From positions 1-54,854 of the IMG/VR virus record IMGVR_UViG_3300025247_000003: DNA of 54,854 nucleotides; one strand, 5' to 3'. Within the stretch, counting starts at the first letter, position 1. Each line of letters starts with the position of its first letter. The notes beneath the pieces are model-generated. The model was not told the origin of the DNA. It saw only the letters and a list, made by a program, of their open reading frames with translations, and did no database searches. Source of the DNA: a virus. Lineage: Duplodnaviria; Caudoviricetes. The translations under genes were made by a program, and so were the position numbers. Below, in pieces: positions 35,109 through 43,557 of the stretch.

Positions 35109-35644
35109 TGGCACTCGTAATTGAAGACGGAAGCGGTGTTGCTAGCGCTGACAGCTACGCCACGCGGGCTGAATATATCTCCTATGTGGCAGACTACTAC
35201 GGCGGCACTGTTGCGGATGAGGATGCATCTGATGTGTCACTGCGAGCCGCTTACGCATGGATGAACGGTCAGTCATGGAAGGGCACGAAAACCAACGGTC
35301 GCGATCAGACAGGCGCATGGCCGCGCACTAGCGTTGAGGACTGCGAGGGGTATGCGATTGATACGGACGCGATCCCGGTTGAGGTGAAGCAAGCGCAGAT
35401 GGAATTGGCGTGGGCCGAGCAACAGTCGCCGGGTACGCTTAGTCCGTCTGGCAGCGTGAGGGATGCACTTGTGTCGCGGGAGAAGGTGGACGTGATCGAG
35501 GTTGAATACGATACGGCCACCATGTCCGCTAGTGACGCTCTGGCCTATGCTCAGGTGCGCGTTGAGGCGGCTATGCGGTTGCTTGGGTGTTTCCTGACGG
35601 GTGGTGGGCGTATTGGGCGGGGGACTTATGTTGCGAGTGTTTAG
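35108..35644 (+). CDS. Head-tail adaptor (DnaT-like family)
   Basis: MALVIEDG.G...ADSY, WKG.K...Q..AWPR, IP.EVK.AQ.ELA, EKVDVIEVEY motifs. Confidence 0.82.
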   Translation: MALVIEDGSGVASADSYATRAEYISYVADYYGGTVADEDASDVSLRAAYAWMNGQSWKGTKTNGRDQTGAWPRTSVEDCEGYAIDTDAIPVEVKQAQMELAWAEQQSPGTLSPSGSVRDALVSREKVDVIEVEYDTATMSASDALAYAQVRVEAAMRLLGCFLTGGGRIGRGTYVASV

Positions 35645-35793
35645 GATAGCGGAATAGTATTCCCAGCTTGGCTCTCAAAAAATGCTCTCGTCCTGATTTC
35701 AGGAGTTCCGAAATTGTTTTCGCAACCGTGAATTCTGACAAGATAGTCAATCCATCCACGGTATAGATCGCCATTTTTGCATTTAATCAGCAT
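35641..35793 (-). CDS. Hypothetical island protein (50 aa)
   Basis: Manual ORF MLIKCKNGDLYRGW...; GGAGG SD; TTGACT-17-TAGGTG promoter. Confidence 0.55.
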   Translation of the reverse strand: MLIKCKNGDLYRGWIDYLVRIHGCENNFGTPEIRTRAFFESQAGNTIPLS

Positions 35794-35871
35794 ATCAACC
35801 TCCATTGATTACAACACAACACCTACCATCCCCTCTTTCCCAAGTCAACACCTTTTTTGTATAATCTTTCC

Positions 35872-36219
35872 ATGACCCTCTATAACCGCCTCCGCACCGG
35901 CACAGTCCCGCGCCTGTTATCCAAGTACGAGACCGGCACTGTAGAGATAGGCGTAACAACCGAAACGCCAGGCGCAACACCGCTTGATCCGCCAACTACG
36001 TCAACCGTGTGGACTGAGGTTGATGCGGTTGTTACGGGTGTTCCTCAAGGTATGATCGACGGCACTACTATCGTTGGTGATGAGCGTATGGTTATTTTTC
36101 AGGCTGACGTTGATGCCGGTGCGCGGGTTCGTATAGACGGAAAGCAAGTGGTGATCGTCCGCGTTATGCCTAAGCTTGCTGCGGGCGATCCGGTGATGAC
36201 TAAGGTTTTGGTGCGTTAA
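35872..36219 (+). CDS. Head closure/neck protein
   Basis: IDGT.I..DE, .V.IDG; gene position; ATG 6 nt after TATAAT. Confidence 0.72.
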   Translation: MTLYNRLRTGTVPRLLSKYETGTVEIGVTTETPGATPLDPPTTSTVWTEVDAVVTGVPQGMIDGTTIVGDERMVIFQADVDAGARVRIDGKQVVIVRVMPKLAAGDPVMTKVLVR

Positions 36220-36512
36220 CGCCCGTCATATTCAACGATAATCTGACCTATCTGAACCGTGATCTTGATGCCATATTCTGCGGCTTGTGCGGCATATTGT
36301 GGTATGTCGCTATCGGTGCAATTGCCATCAAGACAACGCTTTACGTTAAGCGACTCCGCTCGGCAATGGGAGCCATATCCAAAGGTTCCGTCCTCGAAAT
36401 AAAGGCCAACGTCATCTGCGTAGAATGTAGCCCCTTCGTTATATTCGCGCGATTTCATAGTTACGATTTGGCCGTTATTGAGTTCGTAACGTTTGTTGTG
36501 TTCAAGTTTCAT
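36216..36512 (-). CDS. Hypothetical island protein
   Basis: AGGAG SD; TTGACA-17-TATGAG promoter. Confidence 0.65.
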   Translation of the reverse strand: MKLEHNKRYELNNGQIVTMKSREYNEGATFYADDVGLYFEDGTFGYGSHCRAESLNVKRCLDGNCTDSDIPQYAAQAAEYGIKITVQIGQIIVEYDGR

Positions 36513-36565
36513 CTTTCTTTCTCCTAAGTTTGCTTTCCATACCCTCATACGCTATAAAAATCACC

Positions 36566-37660
36566 ATGTCAACGCGCTTCCGAGATGCCACGTACGAAAC
36601 TCAAATCCGATCCATTACGCGGGATATGGAGCCTAAAATCCGTTCAGCGTTCACCAAGGGCATGACGGATATCAAGGACCGCGCGCAGATGGGGCGGTTG
36701 CGTGATGCATTGCGCGACAACGATATCGCGTTAGCAATAGACAGCCTGATTATCGACCCTGCCGCTATGAGCGACCTACAGGCGCGTATTGTGGAGACGT
36801 ATGGTAAGACGGGCGAAAAGACTATCAGCGGGCAGACGTGGCGCTATCCTGATGGCACACGGGCTGTTGTACGGTGGAATATGCTATCACCGCAAGCAGA
36901 GGAATACGCCCGCAATGTATCCGGCCAGCTTATCCAAGGCATTAACGACGATACCATTCAAGCCGCTCGTGACACCATCGCGGATGGATATGCGCTTGGC
37001 AGACCAACAGACCGTATCGCGCGTGACCTAGTGGGCAGGATAGGGCCAAACGGGCGCAGGCAAGGCGGTGTGGTGGGGTTGGATCAGCAAAGCAAGGTGT
37101 GGGTTCACGGTGGGTATGTAACGCGCAACGGCGTCACTGTGTGGCAGGACGGGTTGAGGCAACACCTAGAAACCGATCCTACGCGCGCTCTAAGAATGAA
37201 GTTGAATGCAAGGGACAAGGCATTCATTCGCAGGCTTGGCGATAAGCGACTTACCCAAGCGCAAATTGATAACATAGTGCGCCGGTATGAGAATAACTTG
37301 CTTATGGTGAGAGGTCGCAGGATTGCCAGAACGGAAACACGCAATGCAATTGAATCCGCTAAGTATGAGGCATGGCGTCAAGGTCTGGAAAAGACAGGTA
37401 TCCCGGAAGAGTTTCTAGTACGTACGTGGGTTCATACCGGGCGGGCTATGTTTGACCGCCCTTGGCACCAATCGTTTAGTGGTACGTCTGTTCGCGGCTT
37501 GAACGTACCGTTTGTGCTGTCTAGTGGCGCGGCGTTGCTACATCCGCACGATACATCATACGGCGCGGGTGCTCGTGAGGTTATCCAGTGCGAGTGCCGG
37601 TGTGATTATGAAGTGGATAGGAAGGGGCTGAAGGAATGGTATGAGGGGCGCATGGGTTAA
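36566..37660 (+). CDS. Head morphogenesis protein (Mu gpF/SPP1 gp7-like)
   Basis: IARTET, W.H....R.WH, PF, PHD....A.EVIQC.C motifs. Confidence 0.8.
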   Translation: MSTRFRDATYETQIRSITRDMEPKIRSAFTKGMTDIKDRAQMGRLRDALRDNDIALAIDSLIIDPAAMSDLQARIVETYGKTGEKTISGQTWRYPDGTRAVVRWNMLSPQAEEYARNVSGQLIQGINDDTIQAARDTIADGYALGRPTDRIARDLVGRIGPNGRRQGGVVGLDQQSKVWVHGGYVTRNGVTVWQDGLRQHLETDPTRALRMKLNARDKAFIRRLGDKRLTQAQIDNIVRRYENNLLMVRGRRIARTETRNAIESAKYEAWRQGLEKTGIPEEFLVRTWVHTGRAMFDRPWHQSFSGTSVRGLNVPFVLSSGAALLHPHDTSYGAGAREVIQCECRCDYEVDRKGLKEWYEGRMG

Positions 37661-38127
37661 TGGCACGCATCAACGGCAGCGTAGGCACCTCACGGGGGTT
37701 TCTCGCATCTGTTAACAAATGGACCAAAGCCACTAAGGAACGATCGGAAGAAGCGTTTCAGATGGGGGTGCTTGATTTCTACTTAGCGCTGCGCGATGCT
37801 ACCCCAATACTGTCAGGAAATCTTCGCGCATCCTTAACCCTCGGAAAGAACGGCGATCTACCAGCCGGTCCATATGGTGAGTACGGCGGTGTTTACAACG
37901 ACACTAGGGCGCTTGACGTTATCTCAGGGTTGAAGCTTGGCGACCGCATTAACATGGTGTATGCAGCCCCGTACGCGCGGAGGCAGAATTACGGCTTTAC
38001 TGGGATTGATAGCCTTGGAAGGTTCTATAATCAAGCTGGTAAATTCTGGATTGAAGGTGTTGGATCGCAATATAGGTCGATCATGCGTAAGGCGGCGACA
38101 AGGCTTCGTAATAGTACGGCTATTTAA
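37660..38127 (+). CDS. Neck protein (HK97 gp10-like)
   Basis: TPILSGNLRAS, YARR.NYGF.G.DSLGR.YNQ.G motifs. Confidence 0.75.
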   Translation: MARINGSVGTSRGFLASVNKWTKATKERSEEAFQMGVLDFYLALRDATPILSGNLRASLTLGKNGDLPAGPYGEYGGVYNDTRALDVISGLKLGDRINMVYAAPYARRQNYGFTGIDSLGRFYNQAGKFWIEGVGSQYRSIMRKAATRLRNSTAI

Positions 38128-38204
38128 TGGTGCATCCGGTGTGATTTGAACACACGATCAACCCGTTATGAGCGGGCGGCTTTAGACCGCTAAGCTACGG
38201 ATGC
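38128..38204 (-). tRNA. tRNA with CAT anticodon (Ile2-like or Met), CCA encoded
   Basis: GCATCCG ta GCTT..AAGC c GCCCG CTCATAA CGGGT tgatc GTGTG TTCAAAT CACAC CGGATGC A CCA: complete cloverleaf. Confidence 0.92.
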
Positions 38205-38211
38205 TAATACC

Positions 38212-39108
38212 CTAAAACAACTCCGGCTTCAATTCCTTGATACGCAAGGTACAAAACCGTTGCAACGTCTTAAAGTCAATCTTCGGATTCTTGTGTGCCT
38301 TTATGATATTGAACGTATCTTCTGTAATCAAGTCATACCAGACGCGGCCCAGCAGTTCCCCAATGTATTTGCTTTGCCAGTCGCCTTTATCGTTGACAAT
38401 TTTAGCATGTGTCTTGTCAACAAGGTGTTGCGTAACAAATTCCTCGCAAATCTTTTCTTCCAGCATCATGCCGCCAACCTCTGGTGCACCCATTTCTGCG
38501 TGGTGCTTTTCCTTAAAGTGATTAGCGATGATCTTGGCCCAGGTAACGCGACCGAATTTGTTCTGCCAATGGTAATTCTTAATCACTACGCCTTCGCCAA
38601 ACCCTTTTCCTTGTTCAATGCCGAACGTGTTTTTCTCTAGGCACTTCTCGTATGCTTCGTAACACCCGTTTCGGATGATCGCGATAGGCGGAAGGAAGTC
38701 AACGTCATGGGCACGCATGTAATGGCTGTAATCCTCATAATGAAGCAGTTTACCTTGTTCTTGATCGTAAACATCGAACACAAAGAACCGACTCCACATA
38801 TCGTCACGGTAGGTTTTCAGGCTATGAGGTACAAGCCATTCGCCGTAAAGCGTATGGTGAGGGTTCGCTGAGAGATAACTTGAAATTGCGGTATTTTCTT
38901 GCATCGCAGCCATAAAGCCAGCGTTATCGCTACCAATCGATAGAACACGGTTGCGTGAACCACATCCGATTGATCCATCATCATTAAGCCAAACTTGACC
39001 ATTTGTGCCGTCCAGTTTCGGGAAAACATAAGTCTGGCCAAATTCAATCCCGTCAACCTCGTCCGTTCCGAAGCGTTCAAGATGCATGTATTTGTGGAAT
39101 TTTGTCAT
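38212..39108 (-). CDS. RNA ligase (Rnl2-like nucleotidyltransferase)
   Basis: Motif I PKLDGTN; GSRNR; LYGEW; FFVFDV; GEGVVIK; WAKI. Confidence 0.82.
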   Translation of the reverse strand: MTKFHKYMHLERFGTDEVDGIEFGQTYVFPKLDGTNGQVWLNDDGSIGCGSRNRVLSIGSDNAGFMAAMQENTAISSYLSANPHHTLYGEWLVPHSLKTYRDDMWSRFFVFDVYDQEQGKLLHYEDYSHYMRAHDVDFLPPIAIIRNGCYEAYEKCLEKNTFGIEQGKGFGEGVVIKNYHWQNKFGRVTWAKIIANHFKEKHHAEMGAPEVGGMMLEEKICEEFVTQHLVDKTHAKIVNDKGDWQSKYIGELLGRVWYDLITEDTFNIIKAHKNPKIDFKTLQRFCTLRIKELKPELF

Positions 39109-39326
39109 TTGTGACCTCGTGCTTTGGAAAGGGCTTCCCTCATTGGTTTTGTGAACGCAGAATATGCGTCGTAGCTAATCGGAACTTCTCTGTTGTCCAT
39201 AGCGTTTAGGGCATCCTCCAACGCCTCGTACAGTTCCGGCGCGGCGGTATCTTGCAGTGCCTGATTATAACCGGCATGGTACTCTCCACTTTGTGCTGCG
39301 CATGGCGTCCATTTACGTTCAGTCAT
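39105..39326 (-). CDS. Hypothetical protein, paralog of 6649-6927
   Basis: RKWTP...AAPELYEALE...ALSKARG; GGAGG SD. Confidence 0.7.
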   Translation of the reverse strand: MTERKWTPCAAQSGEYHAGYNQALQDTAAPELYEALEDALNAMDNREVPISYDAYSAFTKPMREALSKARGHK

Positions 39327-39374
39327 AGCAACCTCCATTTTGCCTATTCCCATCACCAATACTATAATTTCCCT

Positions 39375-39797
39375 ATGTCAGTCAAGACCTCAATCGACGG
39401 TAAAATCTACCTTGCCCTACTTAACCGCCTCAACACCATGTCAGGCGGATATGATATTGTTGAGCCTAACGATATTTATCCGACCGATCAGGGGCAGGCG
39501 TTCATTGTGGTGCAAGATGTTAGGTTTGACCCGGATACACCATATATCGGCGGATCGTCTAGCAATGAATACCGAGGTACGTTCAGCTTGTCAGTTATGG
39601 CTCCGTTGTCATGGACGCATGCGCAAGTGTTGAGTGTTGCTGGGGTAGTCGCGGCGCATTTTCCTAAGTCAAGTAAATACACCTACGACGATACCCGCGT
39701 AGAGATTTTGCAGACACCTTACTATTCCGGTAACTCACGCCGGGATGAGGGCTTCCATCGTGTTGACGTTCTCATACCTTGGCGTGCCGCTGGTTAA
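39375..39797 (+). CDS. Tail terminator/completion protein
   Basis: Position; G...LSV.AP, A..VAAHF; ATG 6 nt after TATAAT. Confidence 0.72.
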   Translation: MSVKTSIDGKIYLALLNRLNTMSGGYDIVEPNDIYPTDQGQAFIVVQDVRFDPDTPYIGGSSSNEYRGTFSLSVMAPLSWTHAQVLSVAGVVAAHFPKSSKYTYDDTRVEILQTPYYSGNSRRDEGFHRVDVLIPWRAAG

Positions 39798-40267
39798 TGG
39801 CCTATCTGCCGTGGTGCGATACGGTTGTATTGCAGATTGCAAAGTCGGGAAGTAGTAGCCTAGTCAAAGCCGCTTCGTCGTTGGGTGAATTAACGCATGT
39901 AGGGCATTTACCGGCTTCCGCGCATCCTGTGGCTTCCAGATATGTTGCCGTTGTTCGTGATCCTGTAGATCGACTTATATCGGCGCTGAATTACTATTAC
40001 GGACCCGGTGACGTTGATGATGTGCTGCGCCATGCTTTGCGGTACCGTACGGGACAATCCGCGTTCAAGCCTCAGACGTGGTATATGGATATGCCGTGCG
40101 AGACTTACGATTTAGCTGATATGCGATTGGCGTTGTCTAGCATTGGGCACGTTGGAGACGTGCCAAAAGAAAACGTCAGCCTAAAATGGCTGACGCTTGG
40201 TATGGCGGAAAAAAGCAAGTACTGGCCTAGACTTATACAGGCTTGTAGTCCGGGCATGTATCGCTGA
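39797..40267 (+). CDS. Sulfotransferase-like protein
   Basis: QIAKSGSSSL (5'-PSB-like) and VRDPVDRLISALNY (3'-PB-like); TAATG-coupled to the tail terminator gene. Confidence 0.7.
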   Translation: MAYLPWCDTVVLQIAKSGSSSLVKAASSLGELTHVGHLPASAHPVASRYVAVVRDPVDRLISALNYYYGPGDVDDVLRHALRYRTGQSAFKPQTWYMDMPCETYDLADMRLALSSIGHVGDVPKENVSLKWLTLGMAEKSKYWPRLIQACSPGMYR

Positions 40268-40448
40268 AATCCGAAAACGCAACTGGCACGTTGTCTGGAT
40301 CGTTATCCCACCAATCACGGGCTTGCATGTGCAGTTCATCCGTAAAATGACGGTGGCAACTGTAGTTGCGGCACATTGCACTACAGAATGTTTTGTCTTT
40401 GAAGCATATCAAAACGGAGGCTCCTCGTTTTTGTGTTTGGGTTTCCAT
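40233..40448 (-). CDS. Cys-rich hypothetical protein (CFKDKTFC)
   Basis: ORF track; start uncertain. Confidence 0.55.
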   Translation of the reverse strand: METQTQKRGASVLICFKDKTFCSAMCRNYSCHRHFTDELHMQARDWWDNDPDNVPVAFSDFSDTCPDYKPV

Positions 40449-40499
40449 ACAATGTCAACTTGATGCATTTCTATTATGTATTCACGTAGCGTCATCTAA

Positions 40500-40682
40500 C
40501 TATCTCAGCATTTCGTGCAGGCAGACAGATACGCCATCTACCTGCGTCAGTTCATTGCCGTCGCTGTCTTGAACGCCGCGCTTGTATCCCTTCCACTCCA
40601 TGTAGTCGGTGAAGTGGGCCGGTGACTTCGCAAGGTCCGCCTCGGCACGCGCCAGCAGCTCTCTCAGTGCGTCTCTATCCAT
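40500..40682 (-). CDS. Hypothetical protein
   Basis: GGAG SD; overlaps the upstream stop. Confidence 0.55.
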   Translation of the reverse strand: MDRDALRELLARAEADLAKSPAHFTDYMEWKGYKRGVQDSDGNELTQVDGVSVCLHEMLR

Positions 40683-41262
40683 TGTCGTCTCCCAAGGCGG
40701 CGCGGCGCTTTTCCAACTGGGCTTTCAGTGCGCCAATCTTTGCGGGGAACATGTCTCTCGCCGCTTCAAGCATGGCGTTTGCAAATTCGAGCTCCTCTTT
40801 CAGCCTGTCCCTCTCCGCCTCCGCCTTTAGCTGTGCTTCATATGCGTCTTGTGCTTGGCCTAGGGTGGTGAGGACTTGAAGCGCCTGTTCCCGGTTCTCT
40901 GCCTGTAGGGCTTCGATGCGGGCATTCAGCGCTCCAATCGTGTCTGACGGGGTGCCGCCGTTTGACCTGCCAACGGTCAGGTAGAAGGGCTCCCCTTCGT
41001 GGCTCAGGTTCATGGTTACGTAATTACCGGCGGTATGGCCCGCTTCTTCCGGGGCAGCAACCATGTGCGCAAGGTGCATTGCCATAAGTGGCACGAAGTC
41101 CGAGCTTAGAACAAACTCACCACTCTCGAAGCGAGCAAGGCGGAAATCACCGTCGTTGCTTTTCACCCATTGCTCAAAGCCAAGAGGCGTTTCGTCGTTC
41201 GACACCGCATTCTTCCAGGCTTCAAGCGCCTCTTTGTTTTCCTCAATTCGCAGATCACTCAT
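40675..41262 (-). CDS. Hypothetical protein with coiled-coil C-terminus
   Basis: GGAGG before ATG 41262. Confidence 0.65.
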   Translation of the reverse strand: MSDLRIEENKEALEAWKNAVSNDETPLGFEQWVKSNDGDFRLARFESGEFVLSSDFVPLMAMHLAHMVAAPEEAGHTAGNYVTMNLSHEGEPFYLTVGRSNGGTPSDTIGALNARIEALQAENREQALQVLTTLGQAQDAYEAQLKAEAERDRLKEELEFANAMLEAARDMFPAKIGALKAQLEKRRAALGDDNG

Positions 41263-41731
41263 GGCCCGCCTCCCTGATGGCTGCGGCGAGTTCGTAAACC
41301 TGCTCGTTATGATCAAAGTCACGGTCAACTTCGGTCACTGACCCCGGCGCGCGATACATCTTGGACAGCACCAGACCCGCGCACCGCTCCCGTTCCTCCG
41401 CTCTCACGGCGTCAAGGGCGGCTTGGGCGTCGGTGTCGATGAGGGCGCGGATACATTCGGAAACGTAATCAGCTTGCTCCCGGTGGCCGAGGTTTTCATG
41501 GGCCATGTCTGATATGGCCTGTTCTATCATGTCTACGTCCGCCGCCTCCTCCAGCTTCGCGGCTACATGGGCGAGGGAGAGGTCGGTGCGGTCGTTCCAT
41601 TCGTGGCCCCCGTAATGGTTTGGTCCGGCGCACTGACAATTCAGACACCAAACACCGACAACTTTGTAGTCTCCTCCAGTTTTCAGAACTTCGCCACCGC
41701 AAAACGGGCAGGGCTTCAGTTGCTCACTCAT
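41255..41731 (-). CDS. Lar-like (restriction alleviation) Zn-finger domain protein
   Basis: LKPCPFCGG...VWC..C...GP...WN.R. Confidence 0.7.
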   Translation of the reverse strand: MSEQLKPCPFCGGEVLKTGGDYKVVGVWCLNCQCAGPNHYGGHEWNDRTDLSLAHVAAKLEEAADVDMIEQAISDMAHENLGHREQADYVSECIRALIDTDAQAALDAVRAEERERCAGLVLSKMYRAPGSVTEVDRDFDHNEQVYELAAAIREAGHE

Positions 41732-42047
41732 TGGTGTTCTCCTCTGCTTTGCGGAAGGCGTCTCGTGCATCTCGTGCAGACCGGCAGCGTTTGCAGTCAC
41801 TCTCAACGGGTCGCACGCCATCTTTTGCGCTGAGAAGTTCATGGGCATGGACTGCTTTTCCTGTGCCCTTACAGAGAGGGCAGTTGCGGATCTGCATGTC
41901 CAGTTCGTCATTGGCCCGCTTCCCCGCCAGCGCCAATGCGGCAAGGTCATGGGCGGAGGAAGTAACCCTTGCTCTGGATATGTAGTGCTCATAGTCGTGG
42001 CCGTTCTTGAGCGCCTCCACGTCCTTCTGTAGTTGCTCCCAGTTCAT
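41724..42047 (-). CDS. Hypothetical Zn-finger protein
   Basis: CPLCKGTG...CKRC. Confidence 0.6.
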   Translation of the reverse strand: MNWEQLQKDVEALKNGHDYEHYISRARVTSSAHDLAALALAGKRANDELDMQIRNCPLCKGTGKAVHAHELLSAKDGVRPVESDCKRCRSARDARDAFRKAEENTNE

Positions 42048-42169
42048 GACGCCACCATGACGATAAGCGCGAGTGCAGTAAGAAACCCAATACCGGCGGC
42101 TGTTGCATAAACAAATCCGGCGCCGCTTGGCAGTCCTTCACTGTCAATTTCCTTATTTCTGATAGTCAT
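42044..42169 (-). CDS. Small membrane peptide (41 aa)
   Basis: AGGAGGA SD; MTIRNKEIDS...GFLTALALIVMVAS. Confidence 0.6.
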   Translation of the reverse strand: MTIRNKEIDSEGLPSGAGFVYATAAGIGFLTALALIVMVAS

Positions 42170-42274
42170 ATCATCCTCCTATAGATGCCTGATTTGCTAC
42201 AGCATACACGCGTGAAATACAATGTCAACATGTTTATTCATCACCGCTCCATGCGGCATATCGAAAGGTAAGAC

Positions 42275-42754
42275 ATGGCCGACACGGGCATTAAAAAAGA
42301 CAGCAAGCTTTACATCTGCGAAACGGCGCAAGGCGCAGACCTTCTCCAAGCTGGTTACGAGGCGCTAACGTGGGTTGAAATCGGCAATATTGTAACAATG
42401 CCTGACTTTGGCGTGAGCGACAATATCGTTACGCAAGACTACATCAACACCGATGTAAGTCAAAAGCGCAAAGGTTTCCGCAACGCTTCCGATACTGAGA
42501 TTGTCGTGGGTTTCCTGCCAGATGATGACGGCCAAGACGCTCTCCGAGTTGCTGCTGATACGAAATTCAACTACGCATTCAAATTGGAAAGCGATGACGC
42601 GCCTGACGCCAGCACCACTAACACCATTCGTTACTCGCGCGGCGTTGTTGGTGGCCCGAACTTTACCGGCGGCGGCGGTGAGGATTTCGACAACGAGACT
42701 TTCCAACTTGGCCTGAACCAAGCGCCGATCATCGTTGAGCCGGAAGCCATTTAA
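42275..42754 (+). CDS. Major tail tube protein
   Basis: Y.AL.WVEIG, D.GQ..LR.A, YAFK; precedes chaperones and tape measure gene. Confidence 0.85.
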   Translation: MADTGIKKDSKLYICETAQGADLLQAGYEALTWVEIGNIVTMPDFGVSDNIVTQDYINTDVSQKRKGFRNASDTEIVVGFLPDDDGQDALRVAADTKFNYAFKLESDDAPDASTTNTIRYSRGVVGGPNFTGGGGEDFDNETFQLGLNQAPIIVEPEAI

Positions 42755-42772
42755 GTAAATTAAGGAGGTAAC

Positions 42773-43198
42773 ATGACTAACGACATTAGCGACCTGTTCA
42801 TTCAGGAAGAGGCGTCTTTCCCGCTTGAAATTATGGGCAAGAAGGACGGCGAGGAAGTATCTACTGGTGTGACGTTCCAAATTCGTGACCTGCACAACAT
42901 GGATACGCAAAAGGAATTGAAGCGCGAGCGCAACAAGTCCCTAGGCAAGCGTATTTCCACTAAGGAAAATCTGACTGACGAAGAAGTCGGGGCTATGATG
43001 AGTATTGCCACCACAGACCCTACGGATGCCATGCTTGCTTATTGCGTTACAGGCTGGGATTGGGGCGACAAGAAGATTGGAAAGTACAAGACGGCGTATA
43101 GTCATGAGAATGTTAAAGCAATGCTATCTGGCGTACCGTGGATCAGGCAACAGGTTCTTGCAAAGGCGCTGCAAGTCACGGATTTTACAATGGCGTAG
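42773..43198 (+). CDS. Tail assembly chaperone (gpG-like)
   Basis: Position; slippery G GAT TTT near the 3' end. Confidence 0.8.
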   Translation: MTNDISDLFIQEEASFPLEIMGKKDGEEVSTGVTFQIRDLHNMDTQKELKRERNKSLGKRISTKENLTDEEVGAMMSIATTDPTDAMLAYCVTGWDWGDKKIGKYKTAYSHENVKAMLSGVPWIRQQVLAKALQVTDFTMA

Positions 43199-43557
43199 CG
43201 GATCAACTTGTTCGCTACGCTAAAGGTTGGGTGAAATACAACTACGTCAGTCCGAGGTACAAAACGCGGGATGGAAAAGGCAATGAAAGCCTTTCCGCGC
43301 AAATGAAAAGGACCGGGAGGGCAGACCGCATAAAGCCTTACGATCCCGAACCAGAGCTTACTTACCTTGTAGATGCATTCTGGGAATGCAAGGCTGGTCA
43401 CGCAATGGAGGATATTAATTTCTCGATTGCGCCCCATCTTTTGCTAGACGCAAGGGAGCGCGCTATACTGCGAAAAGCAGATATTGCGTTCAAACATGCG
43501 CTAGAAAATGAGCAAGCCAAGGATACCGAACATACCATGTCTAAGGGCAAGAAATAA
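43180..43557 (+). CDS. Tail chaperone gpGT-like extension via -1 frameshift
   Basis: The -1 frame is open from GGATTTT (43180-43186) to the TAA overlapping the tape measure ATG. Confidence 0.7.
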   Translation, partial: GFYNGVADQLVRYAKGWVKYNYVSPRYKTRDGKGNESLSAQMKRTGRADRIKPYDPEPELTYLVDAFWECKAGHAMEDINFSIAPHLLLDARERAILRKADIAFKHALENEQAKDTEHTMSKGKK

